Positions 1 to 8,554 of a DNA stretch of 32,000 nt are shown here, piece by piece. The notes below the pieces were generated by a model, which saw only the letters and a program-made list of their open reading frames with translations, had not been told where the DNA came from and made no database searches. Source of the DNA: Cuniculiplasma divulgatum (GTDB lineage: Archaea; Thermoplasmatota; Thermoplasmata; Thermoplasmatales; Thermoplasmataceae). The position numbers were made by a program, and so were the translations under genes. Position 1 is the first letter of the stretch. The number at the start of each line of letters is the position of its first letter. The stretch covers positions 1,680,001 through 1,712,000 of the forward strand of contig NZ_LT671858.1 of NCBI RefSeq assembly GCF_900083515.1, written 5' to 3'.

Positions 1-271
1 TAAACCCACCTATGGGAAGCGGTCTTTCAGGCAAAAAAGAGACGTCCCTAAAAGCAAGATCTGGATTATAATACGGAAGATGTCCCCCAACCTTTACTTC
101 ATCTTTTCCCTCTATCTTGGCCAATCCTTCTATGACAGAAATGAGTGAACTCTTTCCTACGCCATTGTGACCTATTATTATTGTAATCCCATCTACAATT
201 GACACATTAAGATCAGAGAGAGATCTATTCTTAGCATAACTTACCTTTACATGATTTACTTCAAATTTCAT
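1..271 (-). CDS. ABC transporter ATP-binding protein, N-terminal fragment (continues past window start)
   Basis: Absent from the ORF track because it is open at the window edge. My reverse-strand translation from the ATG at 271-269 is MKFEVNHVKVSYAKNRSLSDLNVSIVDGITIIIGHNGVGKSSLISVIEGLAKIEGKDEVKVGGHLPYYNPDLAFRDVSFLPERPLPIGGF. The Walker A motif GHNGVGKS sits at the position typical of ABC ATPases. The ATG overlaps the TGA of the upstream ORF (ATGA), indicating an operon. Confidence 0.75.
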   Translation of the reverse strand, partial: MKFEVNHVKVSYAKNRSLSDLNVSIVDGITIIIGHNGVGKSSLISVIEGLAKIEGKDEVKVGGHLPYYNPDLAFRDVSFLPERPLPIGGF

Positions 272-1152
272 TGATTTATCCTCCTTCTAATCCTCTTTCT
301 TACATGTCTTACTGTTAGAACTAAGAATAAGACTCCCACTATCCATATGGCAGCTATAAGATTTATATTCTCAATAAGATAATAAGTATAGTCTAAATTA
401 AACTTGACATTTGTTCTTGTTAGAGATATGGTAAAATCGCATATAACTTGATCTTTTGTTCCGAGTAATTTATTTGCGAGGGAAAAATTTCCTCCCTGCA
501 TAACCATATCTGATAAAACGTAATAAGAGCCACTTTGAGACAACCCAACCATACTTTGAGGAAATTCCTGGTAAGCAGAGTGTTGAGATGGATTTTTTAT
601 TATCGACTCATTATTAATATTTAATGGCACATATAGTCTTTCAATTGCAACTTCTCCATTTATATGAAATACATCTTGAGGCGGTCCAAAATCAACAGTG
701 TCATCAGAGCAGATGATCTTTCTTGATGCTACTTTCAACAACAGTGAACCGTATTCAAAAAATTGCCCAAATTGGGAAAGATTTCCCATAAAATAACCTA
801 TTGTGCTACCATTTCTGCTTTGAATACCTGAGATTTTAGACAGTTCAGGTTTTCCTTTTTGACTGCAGCCGTGTATACTTAATGAGTAGCTGTATTTATT
901 GTTTCCAATGCTAGTTATATTAAGATATGAACAAGGAGTTTCAAGTAAAGTTGTTCCATTTCCATCGTTCTTTAGAATGAATCCACCTATCTGATACGAA
1001 AAATTTGCACCACTACTATCTGGATTAGCCACATAATTGTTTAAAGATGTCTTCTCTATTTCTAGCGGTATAACTGAGATGGTGATTGTAGATATGATAA
1101 GTATGATCAATGTTACAACTATAAAAATTTTAAGTTTCAACCTGAGGTTCAC
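268..1152 (-). CDS. hypothetical membrane-anchored extracellular protein (N- and C-terminal hydrophobic helices)
   Basis: 294-aa ORF. N-terminal hydrophobic segment KIFIVVTLIILIISTITISVI and C-terminal TM LIAAIWIVGVLFLVLTV followed by a basic tail RHVRKRIRRR. Several N-x-S/T sequons. GTG start (TTG at 1140 is an alternative) 6 nt after the upstream stop; its stop overlaps the ABC ATPase start. No recognisable family. Confidence 0.55.
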   Translation of the reverse strand: MNLRLKLKIFIVVTLIILIISTITISVIPLEIEKTSLNNYVANPDSSGANFSYQIGGFILKNDGNGTTLLETPCSYLNITSIGNNKYSYSLSIHGCSQKGKPELSKISGIQSRNGSTIGYFMGNLSQFGQFFEYGSLLLKVASRKIICSDDTVDFGPPQDVFHINGEVAIERLYVPLNINNESIIKNPSQHSAYQEFPQSMVGLSQSGSYYVLSDMVMQGGNFSLANKLLGTKDQVICDFTISLTRTNVKFNLDYTYYLIENINLIAAIWIVGVLFLVLTVRHVRKRIRRRINQ

Positions 1153-1158
1153 CTGTTA

Positions 1159-1884
1159 CTATTGAGCAAATGATGTTCCTGCCTGTAATACTGTATTTAT
1201 GATACTAGACCAGCTTATTGATGCACCTGATTTGACTGAATATTTTCCTATATCAGATCCGTTTATTCCCCCGTTTCCTATTAGCATATACATTTCTACT
1301 GTGGTACTAGTTTTAGTTACTACGTTTACCGTGTTGAAAAATGTGAATGACCAGATATATAATGTTCCAGTTACCCCATCTTTAGTAATTTGAGTTAAGT
1401 TCATTAAAGTTCCTGTTGAAAGAGATGCTCCACCTGTCAGAATTGGATTAGGGTTAATAGATGCAGAGTTTTCAACCTTAAGCGGGATATTGCAAACTAT
1501 AACTGGATTTTGCCCTGGATATTCATAAACCTTCTTTTCTATAAGGAAAGTTAATTTACCTGTTTCTTTCACACATACTGGTGAATATTGTGGATACGCT
1601 TGAACATAGCAGGTTTGACTAAATTCAATCCCTCCTTGTCTAACTTGCGTTCTACATGTCGGTCCTCTTGATATTGTAGAACAATTGACGTTGGTAGAAG
1701 AGATTGCTGTTTGTTTATTACCACTCGTTGGAGTGTTAATATTTTTGGAGTTTCCAAAGGGCATGGCTATCATTGAAATTATGGCCAGGAAAAATAACCC
1801 CCCCCCAATTACTAATTTTATGTCAGAAAATTTAATTTCTGCATCCATCAGGGTTGAATCCCATGGTTCGTTTATCTTTTTCAT
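1159..1884 (-). CDS. hypothetical secreted or membrane-anchored protein
   Basis: 241-aa ORF with one N-terminal hydrophobic helix (LVIGGGLFFLAIISMIAM), followed by a Ser/Thr/Asn-rich region containing Cys. First gene of an apparent operon with 268-1152 and the ABC ATPase. An alternative start is M13 (nt 1848). Contains a G9 run at 1798-1806. Confidence 0.5.
   Translation of the reverse strand: MKKINEPWDSTLMDAEIKFSDIKLVIGGGLFFLAIISMIAMPFGNSKNINTPTSGNKQTAISSTNVNCSTISRGPTCRTQVRQGGIEFSQTCYVQAYPQYSPVCVKETGKLTFLIEKKVYEYPGQNPVIVCNIPLKVENSASINPNPILTGGASLSTGTLMNLTQITKDGVTGTLYIWSFTFFNTVNVVTKTSTTVEMYMLIGNGGINGSDIGKYSVKSGASISWSSIINTVLQAGTSFAQ
1798..1806. repeat. C9/G9 homopolymer inside a CDS (codes Gly-Gly-Gly)
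   Basis: Direct read: aaaataaCCCCCCCCCaatt. On the minus strand it is GGG GGG GGG, codons 27-29 of ORF 1159-1884. Confidence 0.95.
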
Positions 1885-2117
1885 AAAATCAAATTCTTTT
1901 AATGTTATATAAATATTGCTGATATTTATATCACACGATTACTTTTGTTCCAAAAATAAAATAAGATAATTGTTTTAATTTAGAACTAAATTTATGAACA
2001 ATTTTTAAACCACAATTTTATGAAAATTATACTGTTATACAAAACTTAAAAATTGCATGAATGACCATCGTTTTATTTTTGCAAAAGATTTTTACTTATG
2101 CACTAATGCCAATCCCA

Positions 2118-2768
2118 ATGGAATTTAAAGCTAAACTGGTTACGTGGGATGATATTGAGAAGTGGTGTGAGGAGATCAATAAAAAGATGCTAAAAGATGG
2201 AATTCCGGATGCGATTATTGGACTGTCTAGAGGTGGTCTTGTTCCTGCGAGAATACTCTCCGACATGATTCTTATGAAAAACCTCTATGCTATAAAGACA
2301 GAACACTGGGGATTAACTGCAACGGTTGACGGAAAGGCAGATCTGAAGTATGGTCTCAATGTGTCTATTGAGGGAAAGAATGTTCTTGTGGTGGACGATA
2401 TTACAGATACAGGACAGAGTATGAAGCTTGCATACGACTATATAAAAACACTTAAACCAAAATCTGTAAAGACTTCCACCATGCTTCACATTGGTCACTC
2501 TTCCTTTGTTCCGGATTATTATGCCCAGTTTGTTACTGACAAAGAATGGACATGGTTTATATTCCCATGGAACGTTTACGAGGATATTACTAACCTATCC
2601 TCCAAGATTGAAATGAAATCAAGTTCTGTGGACGAAATAGTAAAAAAGCTTAAAGAAAGCTTTGATCTCTCCGTGAATCATAGTGTTCTGGAAAAAATTT
2701 TGATGCAGATGGTACATATGGGAAAGGCAGAACTGAAGAACGGGGAATATACTTACATTCAGGCCTGA
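2118..2768 (+). CDS. purine (xanthine/hypoxanthine-guanine type) phosphoribosyltransferase with about 60-aa C-terminal extension
   Basis: PRPP-binding loop VLVVDDITDTGQSM, the segment IIGLSRGGLVPARILSD, and a C-terminal core motif WFIFPWN resembling Gpt. The track ORF starts at 2061, but its first 19 aa are hydrophobic junk (MTIVLFLQKIFTYALMPIP). ATGs at 2106 and 2118 are more plausible; a T/A-rich box TTTTTACTTA lies about 26 nt upstream of 2118. Confidence 0.8.
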   Translation: MEFKAKLVTWDDIEKWCEEINKKMLKDGIPDAIIGLSRGGLVPARILSDMILMKNLYAIKTEHWGLTATVDGKADLKYGLNVSIEGKNVLVVDDITDTGQSMKLAYDYIKTLKPKSVKTSTMLHIGHSSFVPDYYAQFVTDKEWTWFIFPWNVYEDITNLSSKIEMKSSSVDEIVKKLKESFDLSVNHSVLEKILMQMVHMGKAELKNGEYTYIQA

Positions 2769-3688
2769 ATAATCGTTCCTGATGTGCCTTCTATTACATT
2801 ATTTGCGTCTTTAAGTGAACCTATCCTTGCAACTTTTCCACCATGTTCCACAAAACTCATGGCTGCAAGAACCTTTGGTCCCATGCTACCGGTTGAGAAC
2901 TGACCTTCATCATAATATTTCTTTATTTCGTTCAGCTTGACTTTATTCACTGCTTTTTGAGTACTTTTACCAAAATCAATGAATGCATTCTTCACATCAG
3001 TGAGTATGACAAACTCCTCGGCGTCCAGCATGTGTGCAAGAACATATGAAGCAAGATCCTTATCTATTACTGCATTTACTCCACTGTAATAATTGCCAGT
3101 TTTGATAACTGGAACGCCTCCACCGCCTGTACATATGGGGAGGAAGCCTGCGTTTAGTGAACTTAGAATTGCATTTTTTTCCAGTATATCAAGAGGCATT
3201 GGAGAAGGGACACATCTTCTCCAGCCCTTTTCCGTCCTTATAAATTCCCAGTCTGTGCTGTTCTTTAGTTCGCTGTATTCCTGATCTGAATAAACTCTTC
3301 CAACAGGTTTTGTTGGATTCATGAAAGCCCTATCATTTTTGTCCACGATGGTTCTTGTTAGTATATTTATTGCCTCTTTCCCAATGCCATATCTTGATCT
3401 TACATTCTCATATGCTTCAATTAATATTTCTCCAATCAGACCCTGAGACATTGCGCCAAGGGTATGCATAGGCATGGGTGGAGGCAATTCCTTTGTATAC
3501 TGATTTCTCAGTATTAGATCTCCGACCTGAGGACCGTTCCCGTGAGTGATTATGACATCTTCCTTAACGATTATATCAGTCAATGACTCAAAGGCATTTA
3601 CGGCCCTTCTTACCTGTGTTTCATAATCCCTTGAATCACCGCTCTCCATCAAGGCGTTTCCTCCAAGTGCGATTACAATTTTGCTCAT
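2759..3688 (-). CDS. arcC: carbamate kinase
   Basis: MSKIVIALGGNAL N-terminus, ITHGNGPQVG, GGGGVPV and a C-terminal GTSGTII motif, all typical of carbamate kinase. I prefer the ATG at 3688 (M11 of the track ORF). The 3' end overlaps the convergent PRT gene by 10 nt. Confidence 0.9.
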   Translation of the reverse strand: MSKIVIALGGNALMESGDSRDYETQVRRAVNAFESLTDIIVKEDVIITHGNGPQVGDLILRNQYTKELPPPMPMHTLGAMSQGLIGEILIEAYENVRSRYGIGKEAINILTRTIVDKNDRAFMNPTKPVGRVYSDQEYSELKNSTDWEFIRTEKGWRRCVPSPMPLDILEKNAILSSLNAGFLPICTGGGGVPVIKTGNYYSGVNAVIDKDLASYVLAHMLDAEEFVILTDVKNAFIDFGKSTQKAVNKVKLNEIKKYYDEGQFSTGSMGPKVLAAMSFVEHGGKVARIGSLKDANNVIEGTSGTIIQA

Positions 3689-3718
3689 TATATCACGGAA
3701 AACACAGATTTGTTGCAC

Positions 3719-3726
3719 CTATATAA
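3719..3726 (-). promoter_or_regulatory. candidate TATA box for arcC
   Basis: The minus strand reads CTTATATAGG, 31-38 nt upstream of the arcC ATG at 3688. Position and composition fit an archaeal TATA box with a short leader. No experimental support. Confidence 0.3.
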
Positions 3727-3815
3727 GAGAAAGCTCAGTTTTTAAAGGCTGGTTTCTGAAACTACGGAATTTAAAATAATGAAAGAGCTTTTAAATCATA
3801 CTGCAATTTTATTAT

Positions 3816-4202
3816 ATGAATGTGGAAATTCGAATTAAGAGTAAAAAGAGCTTTGATGATTTGTGTTCAGAAGTCCCTAAAAAAGTTAGTGAAGCAGGTT
3901 TTGGTGTACTTGCTGAGATTAAGACCAGTGATGTTCTTAAGTCAAAGGGTTATGAATATGCTCCTCTGAGAACTTTTGAGATATGCAATCCAGAATATGC
4001 TTCAAAAATACTGAATACAGATATCAGATTTGAGTCCATGCTTCCCTGCAGGATTGTGATAAAGGGAACAAAAGACGGAAGTGAGGTCATAGGGCTTCTA
4101 CCTGAGGCTATGGCGGGATTAGTTGGAAACAGAGATGCAGATGAAACAATGCTTAAGGTTCAGGAACTGGTTAAAAAAATTGTTAAAAATATTGCAGAAT
4201 AA
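3816..4202 (+). CDS. DUF302 domain protein
   Basis: 128 aa. The pattern FGVLAEI...FEICNPEYASKIL...MLPCRIVI matches my memory of the DUF302 family. TTTTAAAT box at 3789-3796 upstream. Confidence 0.7.
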   Translation: MNVEIRIKSKKSFDDLCSEVPKKVSEAGFGVLAEIKTSDVLKSKGYEYAPLRTFEICNPEYASKILNTDIRFESMLPCRIVIKGTKDGSEVIGLLPEAMAGLVGNRDADETMLKVQELVKKIVKNIAE

Positions 4203-4268
4203 ATTAACTTTATTAGAAAATTAAAATATTCTGCGAACCTCTTTTATGTAATCAAGAAATACCTTATT

Positions 4269-5084
4269 ATGAAATTAACAGTAGCACACACACCAGATCC
4301 GGATGATGCATTTATGTTTTATGCGATGATCACTGGAAAAATTAAGACCAGTATGGAGTATGAACAGATAATAAAGGATATAGAAACTCTTAATCATGAG
4401 GCTGAAACAGGAATGTACGATGTTACAGCCATATCTGCAAATGCATATGCCGATGTGAATGAAACCTATGCCCTGACCAGATCAGGCGCAAGCTTTGGAC
4501 TCACCTATGGACCTTTAGTGGTTGGTAAGAGTGAAGTAGATTTTAAAAAAGCGATTATAGGTTCTCCGGGACTTGGAACCTCGTCTCACTTACTTTTCAG
4601 AATGTTTGTTGAAAAAGATGCAGATCTAAGGCCCATGAGATTTGATCTAATACCTGATTCAATTGTTAAGGGTGATATTCAGGCAGGAATAATTATTCAT
4701 GATGAACAGCTAACCTTTCAAAATAAGGGTTTGATAAAGCTTGCAGCAATCTATGATAAATGGAAAGCATATGCAGGTGATCTGCCTGTACCTCTGGGTT
4801 TTAACGCAATACGAAAGTCCCTGGGAAAGGATGTTATTGCCAACTATATCAAGGACTTCGAAAACTCCATAAAATACGCACAGCAACATGTAGAAGAGGC
4901 TGCCACTTATGCAATGAAGTACGCAAGATACAAAGACCTTGAATTGGAAACAAAATTCATACAAATGTATGTTAACGATCTTTCTGTTGATTTTGGAGAA
5001 AAGGGGAGGAAAGCACTCAAAATGTATTACGAAAGAGCATTCAAGATGGGTTTACTTCCGGAATTTAACATGGAAATTGTTTAA
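4269..5084 (+). CDS. MqnA/MqnD/SBP-family protein (COG2107-like; possible futalosine-pathway menaquinone enzyme)
   Basis: N-terminus MKLTVAHTPDPDDAFMFYAM, DIETLNHEA, DVTAISANAYA and SGASFGLTYGPLVV match the conserved blocks I recall for the MqnD / 1,4-dihydroxy-6-naphthoate synthase-like family. The exact subfamily is not resolvable by eye. Confidence 0.65.
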   Translation: MKLTVAHTPDPDDAFMFYAMITGKIKTSMEYEQIIKDIETLNHEAETGMYDVTAISANAYADVNETYALTRSGASFGLTYGPLVVGKSEVDFKKAIIGSPGLGTSSHLLFRMFVEKDADLRPMRFDLIPDSIVKGDIQAGIIIHDEQLTFQNKGLIKLAAIYDKWKAYAGDLPVPLGFNAIRKSLGKDVIANYIKDFENSIKYAQQHVEEAATYAMKYARYKDLELETKFIQMYVNDLSVDFGEKGRKALKMYYERAFKMGLLPEFNMEIV

Positions 5085-5112
5085 AAATTTATATTTATAA
5101 TTCATTTTGTTG

Positions 5113-5634
5113 TTAATTATCAAGTACATTAGATTGATACTTGAAAAGAGATTTCCCTGCATAGTTGCAAACTACAATATGGATAAAGCCTTCTGTTACT
5201 CTATTTGCAGATATTCTCCAGTATCCTCTTGGTGATAGGGCATAATTTTCAGGAGATGAATATACCATCCCAGTACCTCCTCCAGAATTTCTTCCGGGTT
5301 TTCCTGTCAGGCAACTTGCTATGCAGTTTTCTATTTCTTTTGCTGCCGATGTTTTATTTTCGCTCTTAATTAATAATAACCCCGAAACATTTGTCCTACA
5401 AACTATATTTGTAAAATTTACAGATTCTCCTATGTATATACAACCAAGCGTTTCGTTGCCATCCACCGTAAATGTTTTATTGAAAACAATCCTGTAAACA
5501 GGAGGGTATGTTACCTTGGGTATTACCCTGTTGGTTGGAGAAGTTTTATGTTCGCTCAAATGATAAAAAGTGTATCCAGCAAATATAAAAACTATTACCA
5601 ATATCACTGTTATAATTTTATTTTTATTAACCAA
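5113..5634 (-). CDS. hypothetical secreted protein (N-terminal signal anchor)
   Basis: 173 aa with TTG start. A GGAGGT Shine-Dalgarno motif (plus strand acctcc, 5644-5649) lies about 8-9 nt upstream. N-terminal helix IITVILVIVFIFAGYTFY; several Cys and sequons. No family recognised. Confidence 0.5.
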   Translation of the reverse strand: MVNKNKIITVILVIVFIFAGYTFYHLSEHKTSPTNRVIPKVTYPPVYRIVFNKTFTVDGNETLGCIYIGESVNFTNIVCRTNVSGLLLIKSENKTSAAKEIENCIASCLTGKPGRNSGGGTGMVYSSPENYALSPRGYWRISANRVTEGFIHIVVCNYAGKSLFKYQSNVLDN

Positions 5635-5721
5635 TTAAGTATACCTCCTTTTAATATATAGAGTCAAGGAACATAGATTAATACTGATTTATTTTTACCT
5701 TATTACAGATATAAATGCTTT

Positions 5722-5739
5722 TATATATATATATATATA
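5722..5739. repeat. (TA)9 dinucleotide microsatellite
   Basis: Direct read: tatatatatatatatata, within the 389-bp non-coding region 5635-6023. Confidence 0.95.
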
Positions 5740-6023
5740 CATTTCTGTTATTTTAATTTAGTTTTCACAATAATTACTTTTCTTTTTCAAGTCTAATGTT
5801 TATCGGTTATTAGATGTATAAACTATCTTAAACTCTCTCAATTCAAAGAAATTTTGTATTCAGAGCATTATAAAATAATTTTAATATGTCAAATAGTAAA
5901 ATGTTCATTGCATTGAAACATTCTAAAAATGAACTCTTCCATTTCTATAAATTGTGGAAAGACATTTTAATTTAGTAATAATTTATGCGTAGTTTAAAAT
6001 CTATTATTAAAATTTTTAAAATT

Positions 6024-7778
6024 TTAGTTTCTTACTTCCTCTGTCTTCACTGTTGAAGGAGATACAGATGGTGAAGGAGAGGATGATCCAGATTCATTTA
6101 CAACCTCCTTCTTGGAATCGTCATATATAACCCTCTTTCCCCTCAGTGCTGAAAGTATTGCTCCCACAATGAAGATGAAGAATCCAGCTATGAATGCCAT
6201 CCTTAGAGATGTCATGAATGATCCTGCCAGTGCAGTTGGGAACCATATCTTTCCTTCAAGTGTTACGATTACTGAATGTGGTATTAAGGCACTTAATCCA
6301 GCCAGTGCGGGTTCTGAAAGAATTGTACCTACTGGATTGTAGCCAAGAAATGCTGAGAACAGTGCTGAGGTTGGAGGCAGCTTATCAAATATTGGTATGA
6401 GAACAGGTGCACCGGATGTTGCAAGTGCAGGACCGAAAGAACCCGGTATGAGTCTTGTTAGATATACAAGAACGATTGTGAAGAATATACCCATACTTGC
6501 TGTTTGACCTGTGTTTTGCAAGGTCGCTCTCATTCCTGAGGCAACACCTCTTAGCTGTGGCTTTACTGAATTCATTACCGCTGTTATGTTTGGAGCAGCG
6601 AACATTCCCATTCCTGATCCCATCATAAATAGCATCAGGGCAAATGGAACGTACGCGAAGTTATATGGTAGGGTTGCAAGTAACAGGAATGCAACTGCAC
6701 TTATTACTAAGCCAACCGTGGATATAAGTCTGGCTCCTATCTTGTCCGATAAAGCGCCACTAACTGGACCGAACACCACAAATCCCAGCATCATAGGGAT
6801 GGTATAAATCCCAGCCCAGAATGGTACGGAACTGTAACTGTAACCGTGCAATGGTAGCCAGATTCCCTGAAGAAGAATGATTATCATGAACATCAGACCA
6901 CCCATTCCCATTGACTGTAGCATACTTGCAAAACTTCCAGTTGCGAACGCCCTGTTTTTGAATAATGAGAGGTTAAACATTGGCTGTTCAACTGCCCTTT
7001 CTATGAATATGAATGCAATAACCAGAATTACGCCGATCGCCATTGAAGCAATTACATACGGATTTCCCCATCCCATGCTTGAGTTATCATATGGCATAAG
7101 ACCATAAGTTACGCCGAGAAGTATCAGTGTTAGACCTCCAGCGAACGCAATATTCCCTGGAATATCCAATTTTTGTTTCTCGTGACGTGTTGAGGTTTCC
7201 TTAAGCTTTGCATATGACCATACTGTACCTATAATACCAACCGGAACACTCACCAGAAACACATCTCGCCAGTATATTGTAGCAAGTATTCCTCCAAGAA
7301 TTAAACCAATAAGGGATCCAGCAAGGGCCGCTATCTGGTTTAGCCCCATGGCTTTTCCCCTTTCATTTGCGGGGAAACTGTCTGTTATGATTGCTGCAGA
7401 GTTTGCAAATAAGAATGAAGCTCCAACTGCCTGAACCATCCTGAATAGAATTAATTCAAGTCCCGCTGTATCTCCCGTTCCGGGTGTAAGATAAAGCAAT
7501 ATGGAACCTACTGTAAAAATAAGAAAACCAAGGTTAAATAACCTGACTCTTCCAAATATATCTGATAATCTCCCAAATGTAACCAATAGCACTGCGGTTA
7601 CCATCATGTAACCCATCAGTATCCAGAGCAGATATTGAAAAGATGAACCCAGGAAAGGATTCAAATGTATACCTTTGAAGATAGCTGGTAAGGATATTAA
7701 CACAATGGTGCTGTTAATTGAAGCCATCAAAACACCAAGTGTAGTATTAGATAATGCAACCCATTTGTACTGAACCAT
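6024..7778 (-). CDS. MFS transporter, DHA2/EmrB-like (about 14 TM) drug:H+ antiporter family
   Basis: 584 aa, hydrophobic helices throughout. MFS motif A as [14 protein letters not shown] between TM2 and TM3. The N-terminus [28 protein letters not shown] is typical of the DHA2 family. C-terminal Ser/Pro low-complexity tail [13 protein letters not shown]. Confidence 0.9.
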   Translation of the reverse strand: MVQYKWVALSNTTLGVLMASINSTIVLISLPAIFKGIHLNPFLGSSFQYLLWILMGYMMVTAVLLVTFGRLSDIFGRVRLFNLGFLIFTVGSILLYLTPGTGDTAGLELILFRMVQAVGASFLFANSAAIITDSFPANERGKAMGLNQIAALAGSLIGLILGGILATIYWRDVFLVSVPVGIIGTVWSYAKLKETSTRHEKQKLDIPGNIAFAGGLTLILLGVTYGLMPYDNSSMGWGNPYVIASMAIGVILVIAFIFIERAVEQPMFNLSLFKNRAFATGSFASMLQSMGMGGLMFMIIILLQGIWLPLHGYSYSSVPFWAGIYTIPMMLGFVVFGPVSGALSDKIGARLISTVGLVISAVAFLLLATLPYNFAYVPFALMLFMMGSGMGMFAAPNITAVMNSVKPQLRGVASGMRATLQNTGQTASMGIFFTIVLVYLTRLIPGSFGPALATSGAPVLIPIFDKLPPTSALFSAFLGYNPVGTILSEPALAGLSALIPHSVIVTLEGKIWFPTALAGSFMTSLRMAFIAGFFIFIVGAILSALRGKRVIYDDSKKEVVNESGSSSPSPSVSPSTVKTEEVRN

Positions 7779-7882
7779 CTTTAATCAAGCTTGTATTTCA
7801 GGGTTGTATAAATACTTAATTCATAATTGATTAAGTAATGAAATATTAATAACTATTTTATATGCAAATGTAATCACATCTT

Positions 7883-8410
7883 ATGTTAGGCAGAAAAGGA
7901 GCTATAGTTTTAACTGTGGCACTTCTTGTTGTATTTTCTGGAATGACTTATGTGACAATATTCAACAGCAAGACCGCCCTATCTACAACAGGCGGTTATC
8001 TGAACGTTACTGCAGCACAATCACAAAAGGATCTGGTATTTGTCAAAAGTCCCGGATGCATAGAATTTAACATAACAGTGAAGACAGACGCATCCACTGT
8101 TTCTGTATTTTCCTTTGGTAATGTTTCAACCGGTTCTGGTAGCCAAACAAACCTTACATCTTTCATCAATACGTCATCCACTTATAATGGACTGGTAGTA
8201 AATTCAACGGATAAATACAATTACATCACAGTGACTAACTTTAAGAATAATACCATAATAAACCTAAAAATGATGGTTTCATTAACTGCGTTTGAAAATA
8301 TGCAAACATTCAATCCTGAAAACAGTAACACAGTGTATCCTGTTACGATCTTGGTTATAGGATCTAACGATGGAGCTGATGGAACCGGTTTCGGTCTGGC
8401 AAAAATGTGA
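7883..8410 (+). CDS. hypothetical secreted protein, possible class III (prepilin-like) signal peptide
   Basis: 175 aa. N-terminus MLGRKG/AIVLTVALLVVFSG has a charged head, a K-G pair, then a hydrophobic stretch. The mature part is Asn/Thr/Ser-rich with many N-x-S/T sequons. Confidence 0.5.
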   Translation: MLGRKGAIVLTVALLVVFSGMTYVTIFNSKTALSTTGGYLNVTAAQSQKDLVFVKSPGCIEFNITVKTDASTVSVFSFGNVSTGSGSQTNLTSFINTSSTYNGLVVNSTDKYNYITVTNFKNNTIINLKMMVSLTAFENMQTFNPENSNTVYPVTILVIGSNDGADGTGFGLAKM

Positions 8411-8554
8411 GTAGTTAAGATATGTTATTTAGTAAAAATCAATTAAATGTAATGAAAAAACTGGTAAATACGATGCGAATTTATCTATTTATGTTTAACG
8501 GTATTTTCAAAATATTTATGAACCATAAGTTTTTAACTGACTGAGGGTGAAAAA

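Noticed and set aside
5953-5961. TGTGGAAAG motif resembling half of an ORB dyad, also present at 27045-27053 in another long spacer.
   Set aside because: There are only two copies, 21 kb apart. Each is a half-site without the TTCCA partner at ORB spacing, and neither is adjacent to the Orc1/Cdc6 gene. This is insufficient to call an origin element.
5886-5975. Tiny ORFs in spacers: 29 aa MSNSKMFIALKHSKNELFHFYKLWKDILI at 5886-5975 and 30 aa at 8452-8544.
   Set aside because: They have no SD or convincing promoter spacing, and such ORFs are expected by chance at this length. They are not reported as genes.
6112-7107. Several plus-strand ORFs (6112-6342, 6218-6400, 6511-6807, 6877-7107) inside the MFS transporter gene.
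   Set aside because: They are antisense frames of a hydrophobic membrane protein gene and are not independently supported.
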